DNA from: Sphingomicrobium sp.
GTDB lineage: Bacteria > Pseudomonadota > Alphaproteobacteria > Sphingomonadales > Sphingomonadaceae
DNA length: 64,000 bases
Reading direction: 5' to 3'
Assembly: GCA_051953395.1 (NCBI GenBank)
Contig: JBQCIU010000040.1
Location: forward strand, 25,880 to 89,879
This document shows positions 17,980 to 27,770 of this stretch, piece by piece (within the stretch, counting starts at the first letter, position 1; each line of letters starts with the position of its first letter). Below the pieces are notes generated by a model, which was not told where the DNA came from, did no database searches, and saw only the letters and a program-made list of their open reading frames with translations. A program made the position numbers and the translations under genes.

Positions 17980-19740
17980 ATGGCGACTGTGGACATCCCC
18001 GTCGTTCCGAAACGATGTGCAATTTACACCCGGCGCAGCGTTGAGCAGGGTCCCGGGCACCAATTCAGCTCCGTTGAGGCCCAGCGAGCAATCTGCTCTT
18101 CATATGTCGCCAGCCAGAGGCCCAATGGTTGGATTGAGCTTTCCAAGCACTACGATGACGAGGGTCAGTCGGGCGGCAGCCTCAATCGGCCCGCTCTTCA
18201 GGACTTGCTTACGGACGTTGAAAGCGGCGTCGTCGATGTTGTCGTCATCTACAAGCTAGACAGGATCAGCCGGACCCTGCTTGATTTTGTACGGTTGATG
18301 GATTTGTTCCAGCAGTTCGGAGTCAGTTTTGTCGCCGTTACCCAAAACTTCGACACGGCTGACAGTACCGGTCGGCTTATCCTCAACGTGCTGCTTACAT
18401 TCGCACAATTCGAGCGGGAAATCGCTTCCGACAGGCTGAAAGACAAATTCAGCGCCATGCGTCAACGAGGGCTCTTCGTCGGCGGCAATCCACCTTACGG
18501 CTACAATCTTTCGAATAAGAAACTGTTGGTCAATGAGAAAGAGGCTCAAGTTATCCGCTGGATGTTCAACCGGTATTTGGAAGCGAAGAGCTACGTCACT
18601 GTTGCGCGAGAACTCCGGGAGATGGGCGTTCAGCGCCGAAGCAGGATCTCGAAACGCGGCAATCACGTTCAGGGTCGCGGCATCTGTCAGGCAAGCGTTT
18701 GGAATATGCTTGGCAACCCCCTCTATGCCGGTCAGGTGCGCAGCAAGGGCAAATGCTATCCAGGCATCCACGAAGCGATTGTGAGCAGAGGGCTTTGGGA
18801 TGACGTGCAGGCCCTTCGTGCGAAGCGTACCCGAGCGAGAATTGTCGAAGTTTACAAGGACGACCTGCTTCGCGACCTCATCTACGATAGCTTCGGGCGC
18901 AAGATGGGCGTCTATCGCGATCGACGGTATCGCAATGTAAGGCGATACTACCTCTCCAACCAGTCGGAATGGGGCAAGCGCCACGGCGCCCGCCGTTACC
19001 GGGTCTTGGCGGACCAACTTGACCAGCTCGTAATTGCAGCAGTTGCGTCGCTACTCTCGGACCGAGAGCGTCTCCGGACGCTGCTGATCGAAGTGGGGGT
19101 ACGTGATGGGAGCGTGAACCGCTTGTGCGCATCCGGAGCGCGCGCTGCAAAGACGCTGGAGGCTGCGACACCGCGCCGTGCTCAGTTTATCCTCAAAGCG
19201 CTCATTGAACGTATTGAGTTGAGTGGTGCCTCAATCAAAATTTTGATCCGCGCGGTCGAGCTCCCACGGTTGCTGCTATGGGATGGTGTCGGCTTGTTCC
19301 GTGGCGACACCGAAGCTTGGACGCGCCCACATGTAACGCACGTGTTGGACGTCCCCGCAAACACGGTCTCGATGAAACGAGAGCTTACGCTTCTGCTCAA
19401 AAGACGGTCCGCCAGCTCTGACGGCAAGCTCAACAAACATCTCGTGGGATTGCTCGACAAAGCGCGCATGGCGCAAGCTGCGTTGGACGACAGGTCAGTG
19501 TCGACCGTGCTGGAGTTGGCGGCAAAGGTGCATTGCCACCCAAAGAAGTTCACTCGGCTTGCCAGGCTCAACTATTTGGCACCCGACATACTTGCATCGA
19601 TACGGGACGGGACGCAGCCGCCGACGCTGACTTGCCGGAGCTTGATGGCCGCGAAACTGCCGATGGATTGGGCACTTCAGCGCCGGCTGCTTGGATTTCC
19701 AGACCAGCCCGACTTTCTCAGAGCGGCGCCAGGCTGGTGA
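17980..19740 (+). CDS. Large serine recombinase (resolvase + recombinase domains)
   Basis: RCAIYTRRS catalytic motif, VVVIYKLDRISR, LLTFAQFEREIASDRL.DK, GNPPYGY. GGAGG RBS before ATG 17980. Confidence 0.92.
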   Translation: MATVDIPVVPKRCAIYTRRSVEQGPGHQFSSVEAQRAICSSYVASQRPNGWIELSKHYDDEGQSGGSLNRPALQDLLTDVESGVVDVVVIYKLDRISRTLLDFVRLMDLFQQFGVSFVAVTQNFDTADSTGRLILNVLLTFAQFEREIASDRLKDKFSAMRQRGLFVGGNPPYGYNLSNKKLLVNEKEAQVIRWMFNRYLEAKSYVTVARELREMGVQRRSRISKRGNHVQGRGICQASVWNMLGNPLYAGQVRSKGKCYPGIHEAIVSRGLWDDVQALRAKRTRARIVEVYKDDLLRDLIYDSFGRKMGVYRDRRYRNVRRYYLSNQSEWGKRHGARRYRVLADQLDQLVIAAVASLLSDRERLRTLLIEVGVRDGSVNRLCASGARAAKTLEAATPRRAQFILKALIERIELSGASIKILIRAVELPRLLLWDGVGLFRGDTEAWTRPHVTHVLDVPANTVSMKRELTLLLKRRSASSDGKLNKHLVGLLDKARMAQAALDDRSVSTVLELAAKVHCHPKKFTRLARLNYLAPDILASIRDGTQPPTLTCRSLMAAKLPMDWALQRRLLGFPDQPDFLRAAPGW

Positions 19741-20085
19741 AGAGATTTGGCCGTTTTGGATCGGCGGCCACCGAGTTTCGTTTGTACCTCGCCTGCTACG
19801 AGATCGGCAGCGTTCTGCCCTACGGTGAGATCGGGTTGTTCGAAGAATACCCTGAAACTCGCTAGGTGCGGAGCCGGCGCTTTGCGGAAACTCGCCTGAG
19901 CCAACAGCTAGAGCCGCGACCCGCGCGCACACCCGTCGCGGAACCGTTTTACGCGCTTGCGCCGCATTCTGCCCCTGGTCGGAGGCACTTTCGCGTAGGT
20001 CGGTCCTCGTTGGATGCGACTTCGCTCGACCGGGCGTGCGCAATTCCGAACCATGTGGCTTCTCGGTGCGGAGGAGTCGGTGGGA

Positions 20086-21951
20086 ATGAATTGCGATCGG
20101 CGAGGCTTTCTTGGCGCATCAATCGTAGCGGCGGCCTATCCATTTGCCGGCGTGCTCGCAAAGCCACCGAGCAACAATGCGGTGCTGACTCTGAGCTTCG
20201 AAGATGCCGGGGGATCGACGCTCAACAGCGGCGCAAAGAACAACAAGGCTTTCCTGAAAGCCATCAACTACCTGGACCGCCGGGGCGGCGGGACGCTTCT
20301 GGTTCCCGCCAAGGTCTATCCATTCTCCGGAGTATGCGCGGCCACGGCGACGAACGTGACGGTGGTCGGCTATGGCGCCACCTTCGCCGGCGACTTGATC
20401 GATCTGGTCATACAGCCAGACTCCCGCGGCTATAACCTGCACGGCCTTACAATCATCGAGACATCCGGCAACCGGGCGAGCTTTCCACTCGATTGCTACG
20501 GCGCCGGATGTCACTTCAAGGACCTCCACCTGGAGAAGAGCCCGCCGGCGGCCGGATACATTGCCTATTGCCGCGAAATGACCTTCGGCAATGTGTTTGA
20601 GAACATTTCCTTCTCCGGATCCAACGGCATCTGCCTCGGCGGCCATGATCACCAGATTATTGGCGGCTGGGCGGAATCGTCCTTCGGAGACGATTGCTGG
20701 GCAATCAAGTCGGCCACTTATCCCTGTTACAACATCCAGATCAGCGGCTTTCAGGCGCGCAGATTTGGCGCACTGGTTTCGATTGGCTCTGAGATCGGAA
20801 CGCCCCGGGCCGACAATCCCGATCGAAGCCGGTTCGTCCGGAACGTGGCCATCGAGAACTGCTCTGCCGATGAGTGCACCTATTTCGCTTACATTAAACC
20901 GGGCGGAGTCGAGTCGATTGATTATCGCGACGGGCTCGTCGAAGGCGTGGCGGTCAAGAACTGCCAGCTGACCGACAGCAGTGGGCGGCATTTCCGCGAC
21001 GGGATCTTCGTGGCGCCTGGGCGAGGCGCCATCGTTCGAGGAATCACCATCCAAGATGTGACGATTACCGCGCGGGGCGCGACGCCCGCGGTACAGACAG
21101 TCGCCGGACTGTACATGCGGCCGTCGAAAACCACGGATGGCGCCGGCCTGGGCGGCGCGATCGAGAATGTCTTGGTGAGTGGCCTGCGGTGCATCGATCC
21201 GTTTGAAGGCGCGGCAACCAGCGCCTCCGCGCCGGGCACTCCGATCCACTCGCTGGTCGCAATCGAAAAGGCCGACCCCATAATCGGGCGAGTCGGCCAA
21301 GTGGAGGTCGTCGATTCCGTTGGGAACGGCTGTGCGCGAATGGCGGTGGCGCTGGGGCCGAATCTGGAAGGCCCGGTGACATTCAGCCGATGCACGTTCG
21401 AAAATTTCGCGGCAGCGGTCTTTGCGTCAACGGACAAGGGATCCGTGATGGCGAGATCGCCGGTCACACTTTCGGACATTACCGCGATCCCTGCCTCTTC
21501 GTCGCCGCCGGACACCCGGGGCGTGATGCCCGACGCCAAGCCCGACAAGACCATCGATTATAGGGGCGATAGTGCCGCGGTGGCGGTTCCGTCGGTCGCG
21601 CCCGGCGAAAGTGCGGCCTGGCCGCTCTACACGAGCAATCGGGACACCTGGATCAGCAAGGTCGAAGTGAGCGTCGAACAGGCAATCCCAGCAAGCAATA
21701 CGAATTTCGTCCGCTTCACTTTGCGCAATTCGTCGAACGGGGCGGTGCTGGCCACCGCAACGACATCGAGCGGTCTGCTGGCGCAGGCCGGCGTCCCTGT
21801 TTCGCTGAATGGGGATATCCAGTTCAGCGGAGCCGCTGCGTCCATTCCAAAGGGAGCCCAATTGGCGGTTGAAATCTCACAGGGCGGCGCCGGCGCCAGC
21901 GTGACCAATCCGACGTTCACGGTTCATTGCGTCCCCTTTGGAGCGGCCTGA
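20086..21951 (+). CDS. Tat-exported right-handed beta-helix protein (pectate-lyase-3/tailspike-like) with a beta-rich C-terminal domain
   Basis: Twin-arginine signal DRRGFLG, KAFLKAINYLDRRGGGTLLVP (pectate_lyase_3-like N-terminus), repeated N/V-x-I-x-N/G rungs. Confidence 0.72.
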   Translation: MNCDRRGFLGASIVAAAYPFAGVLAKPPSNNAVLTLSFEDAGGSTLNSGAKNNKAFLKAINYLDRRGGGTLLVPAKVYPFSGVCAATATNVTVVGYGATFAGDLIDLVIQPDSRGYNLHGLTIIETSGNRASFPLDCYGAGCHFKDLHLEKSPPAAGYIAYCREMTFGNVFENISFSGSNGICLGGHDHQIIGGWAESSFGDDCWAIKSATYPCYNIQISGFQARRFGALVSIGSEIGTPRADNPDRSRFVRNVAIENCSADECTYFAYIKPGGVESIDYRDGLVEGVAVKNCQLTDSSGRHFRDGIFVAPGRGAIVRGITIQDVTITARGATPAVQTVAGLYMRPSKTTDGAGLGGAIENVLVSGLRCIDPFEGAATSASAPGTPIHSLVAIEKADPIIGRVGQVEVVDSVGNGCARMAVALGPNLEGPVTFSRCTFENFAAAVFASTDKGSVMARSPVTLSDITAIPASSSPPDTRGVMPDAKPDKTIDYRGDSAAVAVPSVAPGESAAWPLYTSNRDTWISKVEVSVEQAIPASNTNFVRFTLRNSSNGAVLATATTSSGLLAQAGVPVSLNGDIQFSGAAASIPKGAQLAVEISQGGAGASVTNPTFTVHCVPFGAA

Positions 21952-22000
21952 GCGGCGCGAGCCTTGCCCTCCCCTTCACTCGTATCCGATGGCGTAAGTC

Positions 22001-22192
22001 TTAGTGCGGTGGATCGGAATCGGGCGGCGCCGACAGGCGCTCCCGCAAGCGGCGAAGCGCCAAGTCAAGATGCGCCGCCGCTTCCGGACACTTCCCGCTA
22101 GCGTCGATGATGTCCAACGCCTCCGTCATCAATGACAATGCGCGCCGGACCGCCGCAGATTTCGGATCGTTCATGCTATTCTGGGCCAACAC
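22001..22192 (-). CDS. Small hypothetical protein
   Basis: 63-aa helical ORF (ALSLMTEALDIIDASG...AAAHLDLALRRL) of a type I recall next to MarR-like genes in sphingomonads. Confidence 0.55.
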   Translation of the reverse strand: MLAQNSMNDPKSAAVRRALSLMTEALDIIDASGKCPEAAAHLDLALRRLRERLSAPPDSDPPH

Positions 22193-22241
22193 GCGCCCCC
22201 CGGTGGAAAACCCTCAGCGTGTTCGGCTCAGTCCATTAAGT

Positions 22242-22769
22242 CTATGCGCGGGCCAAGCTGAGATACGACTGAACTGGCAACTTACTACAAAGAAGTGACG
22301 CAAGGTAGTTTTCAAGCCACGCCCGTCCCTTCGCGGTGAGATGCACAAGATGCACGCGCCGGTCGGAAGGCTCCGGTCGCTTGTCGATCAGCCCGCGCTC
22401 GGTGAGTGCAGCCTGGACGCGCAGGCCAGTCGTTTGAGGGACGTTCGCCGCATAGCTTAGCGCGGTCACGCTCAAGCGCTCGCCAGCCGCCGGAAGGCAG
22501 TAAAGCGCCAGCATCATATCCCACGCCGGTTCGCCGAAAAGCTCCCCGTGCAGAAGTTTGTCGCGACTGCGCCGCGCCTGGTAGATTCCCGATGCCAGCT
22601 GAGACAATTCGGCCACGCTTGGAACTGAACCAGACTTGTCCGCCGTGGCGCTCGCTTCCGCGACGCCGTCCACTTGTAAGCGTATATCGATCTGCAGCCG
22701 CAGATCGTCCGGTTGGCAATTTTTCGCGACGGAAACTTCGGTAGGTACAATCTTCTGTTCTCGTGACAC
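22242..22769 (-). CDS. MarR-like winged-helix regulator
   Basis: RR.RDKL...LFGEPAWDMMLALY...SVTALSYAANVPQTTGLR...L.ERGLI.K.P..SDRR...V.LT.KG. Start uncertain. Confidence 0.75.
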   Translation of the reverse strand: MSREQKIVPTEVSVAKNCQPDDLRLQIDIRLQVDGVAEASATADKSGSVPSVAELSQLASGIYQARRSRDKLLHGELFGEPAWDMMLALYCLPAAGERLSVTALSYAANVPQTTGLRVQAALTERGLIDKRPEPSDRRVHLVHLTAKGRAWLENYLASLLCSKLPVQSYLSLARA

Positions 22770-22993
22770 GATAGCGCGGACCTCCTCACCGCAACCGAGC
22801 GCCCGAGCAGACTTCTGTCCTAGGGCGCTGCGACGGCAGCTGCAACTTCATCCGCTTCCGAAATGGACGCAACCGAAGTGGAACAAACTGGCCGGTCCGG
22901 ATTATCAGCTCTGAGCGGGATTGTTGTGCCAGTTGGCGGCGCTCCCGTGCGGTCCCCGATCCATTAGACTGACGACTTCTGCACTCCGTGGCC

Positions 22994-24007
22994 TCAGGGC
23001 TCGCGAAAGGCGATTCGCTCGATCGTCCGATTTCCCGCAACGCGGCCAAGCTGAACGAACAGATCGATGGTGGCGGTTACAAAAGCGCGCACGTCGGCAC
23101 GCCCGAGGGCCGTGCCCCCCTGGAGGACCAGTAGCGTCAGTTGTTCGAGGGCCGATTCCGGCGAATCGGCATGGATCGTTGTCATCGAGCCCGGGTGCCC
23201 GGAATTGAGGGCGCGCAGAAACGCGAGGGCCTCCACCCCCCTGAGCTCGCCGAGGATGATTCGATCGGGGCGCATCCGAAGCGATGCCGAGACGAGATCG
23301 TTGGCACTGACCTGCGCCTCGCCGAGGCTGCCCCGGACGGCAATCAGGCCGAGAGCATTGCAATGGCCGATCCGGAGCTCCGGCGTGTCCTCGATGGTAA
23401 TCAACCGCTCCTGCGCCGGAATTTCGCCGATAAGGGCATTCAGGAAGGTCGTCTTGCCGCTTGATGTGCCCCCCGACACCAGGATGTTGAGGCGCTCGCG
23501 CACGGCCTCGGCGAGCGCCGTCGCCATTTGGCCCCGCCGCAGGAGGGAAATTACGGACTCGGGCAAGGGCGGTCTCTGGGCGATCGGTCCGGCCGCGGTC
23601 GCCGAAAAGGCGCCTGCCGCGTCATAATCTTCAAGCGCGAGCTGCGCCGCAACATGCTTTCGGATCGCAAGGGCCGGCCCGTCGAACGTCGCCGGCGGCG
23701 CTATGATCTGGATCCGGGAGCCGTCCGGAAGCACCGCCGAAAGCAAGGGATGCTCGCGGCTGATCCCCTGGTCAGTCAGCGCCGCGACTTGCCGGGCGAG
23801 CCGCATGAGCGTGGTGCCATCGAGCTCTTCCTCTTCACGGCGCTCCGTGCTTCCGCCGATCGTCTCGATCCAGATTTCGCCGGGCCGGTTGACATAAATG
23901 TCGGTCACGTCCGACCGTGCAAGGATCCCGGCGAGCGGGGCGAGGGCGGAGCGCAGATAGACCCCGGGCTCGGAGGCTGTCGCCGCAATCGCCCTGGCGA
24001 GATTCAC
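22994..24007 (-). CDS. virB11: T4SS ATPase VirB11
   Basis: TDIYVNRPGEIWIE, Walker A GGTSSGKTT, ITIEDTPEL, LRMRPDRIILGELRG, GHPGSMTTIHADS. Confidence 0.93.
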   Translation of the reverse strand: MNLARAIAATASEPGVYLRSALAPLAGILARSDVTDIYVNRPGEIWIETIGGSTERREEEELDGTTLMRLARQVAALTDQGISREHPLLSAVLPDGSRIQIIAPPATFDGPALAIRKHVAAQLALEDYDAAGAFSATAAGPIAQRPPLPESVISLLRRGQMATALAEAVRERLNILVSGGTSSGKTTFLNALIGEIPAQERLITIEDTPELRIGHCNALGLIAVRGSLGEAQVSANDLVSASLRMRPDRIILGELRGVEALAFLRALNSGHPGSMTTIHADSPESALEQLTLLVLQGGTALGRADVRAFVTATIDLFVQLGRVAGNRTIERIAFREP

Positions 24008-25104
24008 TCCCTGCTTCCCGAATCCGGAAACTCGAGATCGCGAGCGACGAAGACGCTGATGCTGGTCCCGGCCTTGATCCTGAGCGTCGGAAGGATCCGG
24101 CCGGACTGCGCCGGAACTGCCTGTTGCGGTGCGGAGCCGGGCAACGACAGGATCAGCGAGCCGGACGCAGCCCGCGTGGCGAGAGAGGTGCCGAGATTCG
24201 CCGCCGACCCGACGACAGCGTCCCCGAGCCGAGTCCAGAAATGGCTGTCGACACTCGCCCGAACGCCGCCGCGGCCGACCGTGTCAGTCGCCGGAGAATC
24301 AAGGGCGATGGTGACGCCGTCCGGACGGACAAGCCGGGTCCAGGTGATCGCCGCCCGATTCTGCCCGGCCGCGACCTCGCTTCCATATTGGCCGATGAGC
24401 CTGCTTCCGCGGGGGACCAGCACCTTCTTGCCGTCAAATCCTCGAACGTCACGCGAGACGATCGCTCGCGCGAGGCCGGCGCTTGTCGAATCGAAGGCGG
24501 TTTCAAGCACGGCCGGAATCAACGCGCCCTGCGCCACCGTGTTCGAACGATTGGCGAGCATGCTCGCTCGCGCTCGAGCAGCGGCTTGAGAGCCTGGGCC
24601 GGCGGGCGCCGAACCACTGGCGGCGGCAGGGGCGGACGCCGCGGTCGTGTCGATGATCAGGGCTGGGCCGCTTGACGGCGGTGCAGGCCGGGATGGCACC
24701 GGCATCGGCTGCATCATCGGTCGCTCGTAGATCGCCTGCGGCGGAGCCGCTGGTAACGTTCGCGACTTGGATTGGGAAATTGGCGCCGGAGGAGGAGGCG
24801 GTTCCGCAACCGGCAGGGCCCGGGCCTCCACTTGTGGAGCAGGGGGGATGTAGAGCGGCGGCGGCTCGGGCGAAAAAATTGCACCCTCGCCGCGTGGCCG
24901 GACCGCGGGCTCCGGCTGAGCGCCCCGCTTCGAGTCGAGGAACAGGAACAGCAGGATCGCTGCGCCGAGCATGACCGCGGCGATGATCCAGCCGGACGGA
25001 CCGGTGCCGGGAAGTCGCACCACGGGCTTCACCCCGGACGAGCCAGCCGCCTCCGGCCCGAACAATTGCTGAAGCGGCGGGTCGCCGATGTCGGTGGCGG
25101 GCAT
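24004..25104 (-). CDS. virB10: T4SS core protein VirB10/TrbI
   Basis: TM plus Pro-rich stalk, then QGALIPAVLETAFDS, VLVPRGSRLIGQY, WTRLVRPDG, GRGG...VDSHFW.R. Confidence 0.92.
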   Translation of the reverse strand: MPATDIGDPPLQQLFGPEAAGSSGVKPVVRLPGTGPSGWIIAAVMLGAAILLFLFLDSKRGAQPEPAVRPRGEGAIFSPEPPPLYIPPAPQVEARALPVAEPPPPPAPISQSKSRTLPAAPPQAIYERPMMQPMPVPSRPAPPSSGPALIIDTTAASAPAAASGSAPAGPGSQAAARARASMLANRSNTVAQGALIPAVLETAFDSTSAGLARAIVSRDVRGFDGKKVLVPRGSRLIGQYGSEVAAGQNRAAITWTRLVRPDGVTIALDSPATDTVGRGGVRASVDSHFWTRLGDAVVGSAANLGTSLATRAASGSLILSLPGSAPQQAVPAQSGRILPTLRIKAGTSISVFVARDLEFPDSGSRE

Positions 25105-25811
25105 CAGCGGCTCCTCTTGGGAGCGAGCCGGATGGCTTCCGCGACAAGATCGTCCATCCGGAAAACGAGCTTGGCCGGCACGCCGTCGACCACATAGACG
25201 TCGTCGCGCATCCCGCCATTGGTGAGCATCTCCCGCCCCGCGCGGTTCACCGCGTAGACTGCGGGGATAGGCTTGTCGGCCGACCAGCTGATATAGGTGT
25301 GGGTCCCGTCGTTGCTGACGGAATCCGGCTGCAGCACGCGGTCGCCGCTGATCCTGTAGCGGCTCTGCGCGCGGCGCAGCGGCGAGACGTCCACATAATT
25401 TTCCCCGTCCTGCGCGGCCTCGATTTCCGGGTAGGTGAAGCGGACCGTGTAGGGCGTGTCCGGCATCGGCGACGGCACCGGAAGCAGGTCGAAATTATAC
25501 ACCCGGACGGACGTAATCACCGTCATATTGCTCGGGACAGAGGCATTCGCCTTGATGAACAGATGATCGCCCGAGTGATCGACGCTCACCTGCCAGGCAC
25601 CGCCATCCCCGACCGCGACATTCCGCACCTGCTCATCGGGCGACAGCTCCACGGTCAGCTGATAGCCCGGCGCCGCCTCAAGCTGGACGACCCGGTCGGG
25701 ATCATAAGCGACGCTCTGCAGGTGCGGATCGCCTGGGCCGGGCTGCGGACGCACCTGGCCGAGCGCGGGGGTGGCGGCGAGGATCATCGACGCGATGACC
25801 AGCGGCTTCAT
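25104..25811 (-). CDS. virB9: T4SS core protein VirB9/TrbG
   Basis: Real start MKPLVIAS at 25811 (ATGA overlap with the virB8 stop). DPHLQSVAYDPDRVV, FIKA, NMTVITSVRVYNFDL, VSNDGTHTYI.W. Confidence 0.88.
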   Translation of the reverse strand: MKPLVIASMILAATPALGQVRPQPGPGDPHLQSVAYDPDRVVQLEAAPGYQLTVELSPDEQVRNVAVGDGGAWQVSVDHSGDHLFIKANASVPSNMTVITSVRVYNFDLLPVPSPMPDTPYTVRFTYPEIEAAQDGENYVDVSPLRRAQSRYRISGDRVLQPDSVSNDGTHTYISWSADKPIPAVYAVNRAGREMLTNGGMRDDVYVVDGVPAKLVFRMDDLVAEAIRLAPKRSR

Positions 25812-26593
25812 TGCGAACTTTCCGGCGCGGTCGCGGAGCTGCCTGGCGCGGGAACGGTTGCCGCGGACCCTGGGGCGTTCGGCACTGGTCTCGCTGCCTG
25901 CGGCTCGCCCACCGGCAGAGCTTCCGGGTCGCGGCGGTAGGAGGTGACCTGGAACCCGAGCGGGTTCACGAACCGGTCTTCCAGCTTCATCGGTTCTCCG
26001 GACCAGCGGTACCGGATCGTCGCGATCCATGGTCGAGGCGGCTGCGCCTCTCCGTTCGGGTCGGTCCGAACCGTGTCGAACCGCACCAGCGCGACATCCT
26101 TGCCGACCGGTGAAATGCTCTTCACGCGGGCATCGATTGCGGCGCCTCGGGGAAGCGCGACGAGCGGGCTCTCCGGATTGGAGACCTGCATTCCCGACAG
26201 ATAGGTGCTTCGAGCGCGGTCGACTGAGAACAACGCCACTTTCCGATAGGCGGCATTCACCGTCCCCAGGTCGAACCCCTCCCGGGCGATCACATATTGG
26301 ACGAGGAACGACTGGGTCAGCGCGGTATCCGGAGCGACTTTCGCAGGATCGAGGGGCTTCAGCGCCTGGACATAACCGGTCGTCCGGTCGACCAGCAGGG
26401 TATAAGGCTCGACCGTCTTGAGGGGGGTCAGAAGGAGTAGCGCCCCGGCCTCGAGCACCGCGATCAGGGCCGCTGTTCCGGCCACCCACCAGGCGGCCCG
26501 CTGCGACGAGCGTTGCGCGGAAAGTCGGTCCCGGTTCCAGCTTGCCGATTCGGCATAATAAGCGTCCAGCGATTTCCGGCTCTCGTCATTCAT
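25808..26593 (-). CDS. virB8: T4SS protein VirB8
   Basis: AWWVAG, PLKTVEPYTLLVDRTTG, QYVIAREG, FVNPLGFQVTSYRRD. Confidence 0.92.
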   Translation of the reverse strand: MNDESRKSLDAYYAESASWNRDRLSAQRSSQRAAWWVAGTAALIAVLEAGALLLLTPLKTVEPYTLLVDRTTGYVQALKPLDPAKVAPDTALTQSFLVQYVIAREGFDLGTVNAAYRKVALFSVDRARSTYLSGMQVSNPESPLVALPRGAAIDARVKSISPVGKDVALVRFDTVRTDPNGEAQPPRPWIATIRYRWSGEPMKLEDRFVNPLGFQVTSYRRDPEALPVGEPQAARPVPNAPGSAATVPAPGSSATAPESSQ

Positions 26594-27770
26594 CTCGCAA
26601 AATATCCCGTTTGCCGGCGCTTGCGCTCACGCGCGGCCGGGCTCGTCGGCTGAAGGAGTGCCCCAGTGGTTTGTCGAAACCTGCGGAATGAGCCTGCGAA
26701 GGAGGCGCACCGGCCATGCGCAATGGGCCGGTCACCCCGCGGCTGTTGTCCTCGCGCCTCTGGAGCGACACCAGGATGTCGGCGACCGCGGCAGCCCGAC
26801 TGCGCTCGTCTCCATTGGTGACAAGCGCCTGCTCAGGGCGCTCATACTGATTCCAGTCCACCAGTCGGCGTCCCTCGGCCCCGGCTTGCTGCCAAGGCTG
26901 GGGCAGCCGGAACGCACGCGCCACCCGCATGCAGGCGAACAACACGCCCAGGAGAATCAGGGTGAAGGCGCCGGTGAGGACGAACAGCTCGACAGGCACG
27001 GTCGGGAGGTCTTCGCCGGCCATTCGCCGGGCAAGGATCGCGGCGAGCCAGGGGCCGAGCATCGCCAGTTCGAATCCCAGCGCGATCGAGACTCCCACAG
27101 CTCCGAGTGCCGCCCCGGCAAGCACCCGAACCCAGCCTTCAAACAGGCTGCGAGTGGAGTCGAACATCAGGAAAGCGATGAAGAAAGGGCCGAGGGCGAG
27201 CATCAGGCCTGCCGTGGCTCGAACCCCCCCAAGCCCGGCGACCGCCGTAATCAAATAAAGGATTCTCGACCCTCCGAGCGCAAAGGCGTTGAAGCCTGCA
27301 AAGGGCGGTGGCGGAACATTGTCGGCAATGCCGACGCCGACCCCTACGATCGCCAGCTGCGCGAGGTGAGCGTCGGTGGCGTCGAGGCGCTCGACCAGGG
27401 TTCCATCCGATCCCGGGATTGCCGAGGGACGCCCGATGTCGGCGGTAAGCTGGGCGGGACCGTCGACAACCAAATCGTACACCAGCGTTCGGTAAGCGGG
27501 CCAGCTTGTTGCCAGAGTGAAGACCGCTCCGATCTTGAGCATGGCGATCGCGCCGCCCCGCAGCGTCAGTGAGCGGCCGAGGAGCAGATTATAGCCAATC
27601 AGCGCGATGAAGATCGTCAGGAAGCCGCTCAGCACGAGCGCCAGCGTCGAACCCGGCACGGCCAGTTCGTGCCAAGCATTGGATCCGAGCGCCTGCGCCT
27701 GGCAATCGATGTAATGGGTGGTCGAGCCGATGAACCCTTGAGTCAGCCGCGGACCCGAACAGAAGTCCAT
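26586..27770 (-). CDS. virB6: T4SS protein VirB6/TrbL
   Basis: Polytopic membrane protein between virB4 and virB8. LMLALGPFFIAFLMFDSTRSLFEGW motif. Confidence 0.85.
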   Translation of the reverse strand: MDFCSGPRLTQGFIGSTTHYIDCQAQALGSNAWHELAVPGSTLALVLSGFLTIFIALIGYNLLLGRSLTLRGGAIAMLKIGAVFTLATSWPAYRTLVYDLVVDGPAQLTADIGRPSAIPGSDGTLVERLDATDAHLAQLAIVGVGVGIADNVPPPPFAGFNAFALGGSRILYLITAVAGLGGVRATAGLMLALGPFFIAFLMFDSTRSLFEGWVRVLAGAALGAVGVSIALGFELAMLGPWLAAILARRMAGEDLPTVPVELFVLTGAFTLILLGVLFACMRVARAFRLPQPWQQAGAEGRRLVDWNQYERPEQALVTNGDERSRAAAVADILVSLQRREDNSRGVTGPLRMAGAPPSQAHSAGFDKPLGHSFSRRARPRVSASAGKRDILRDE

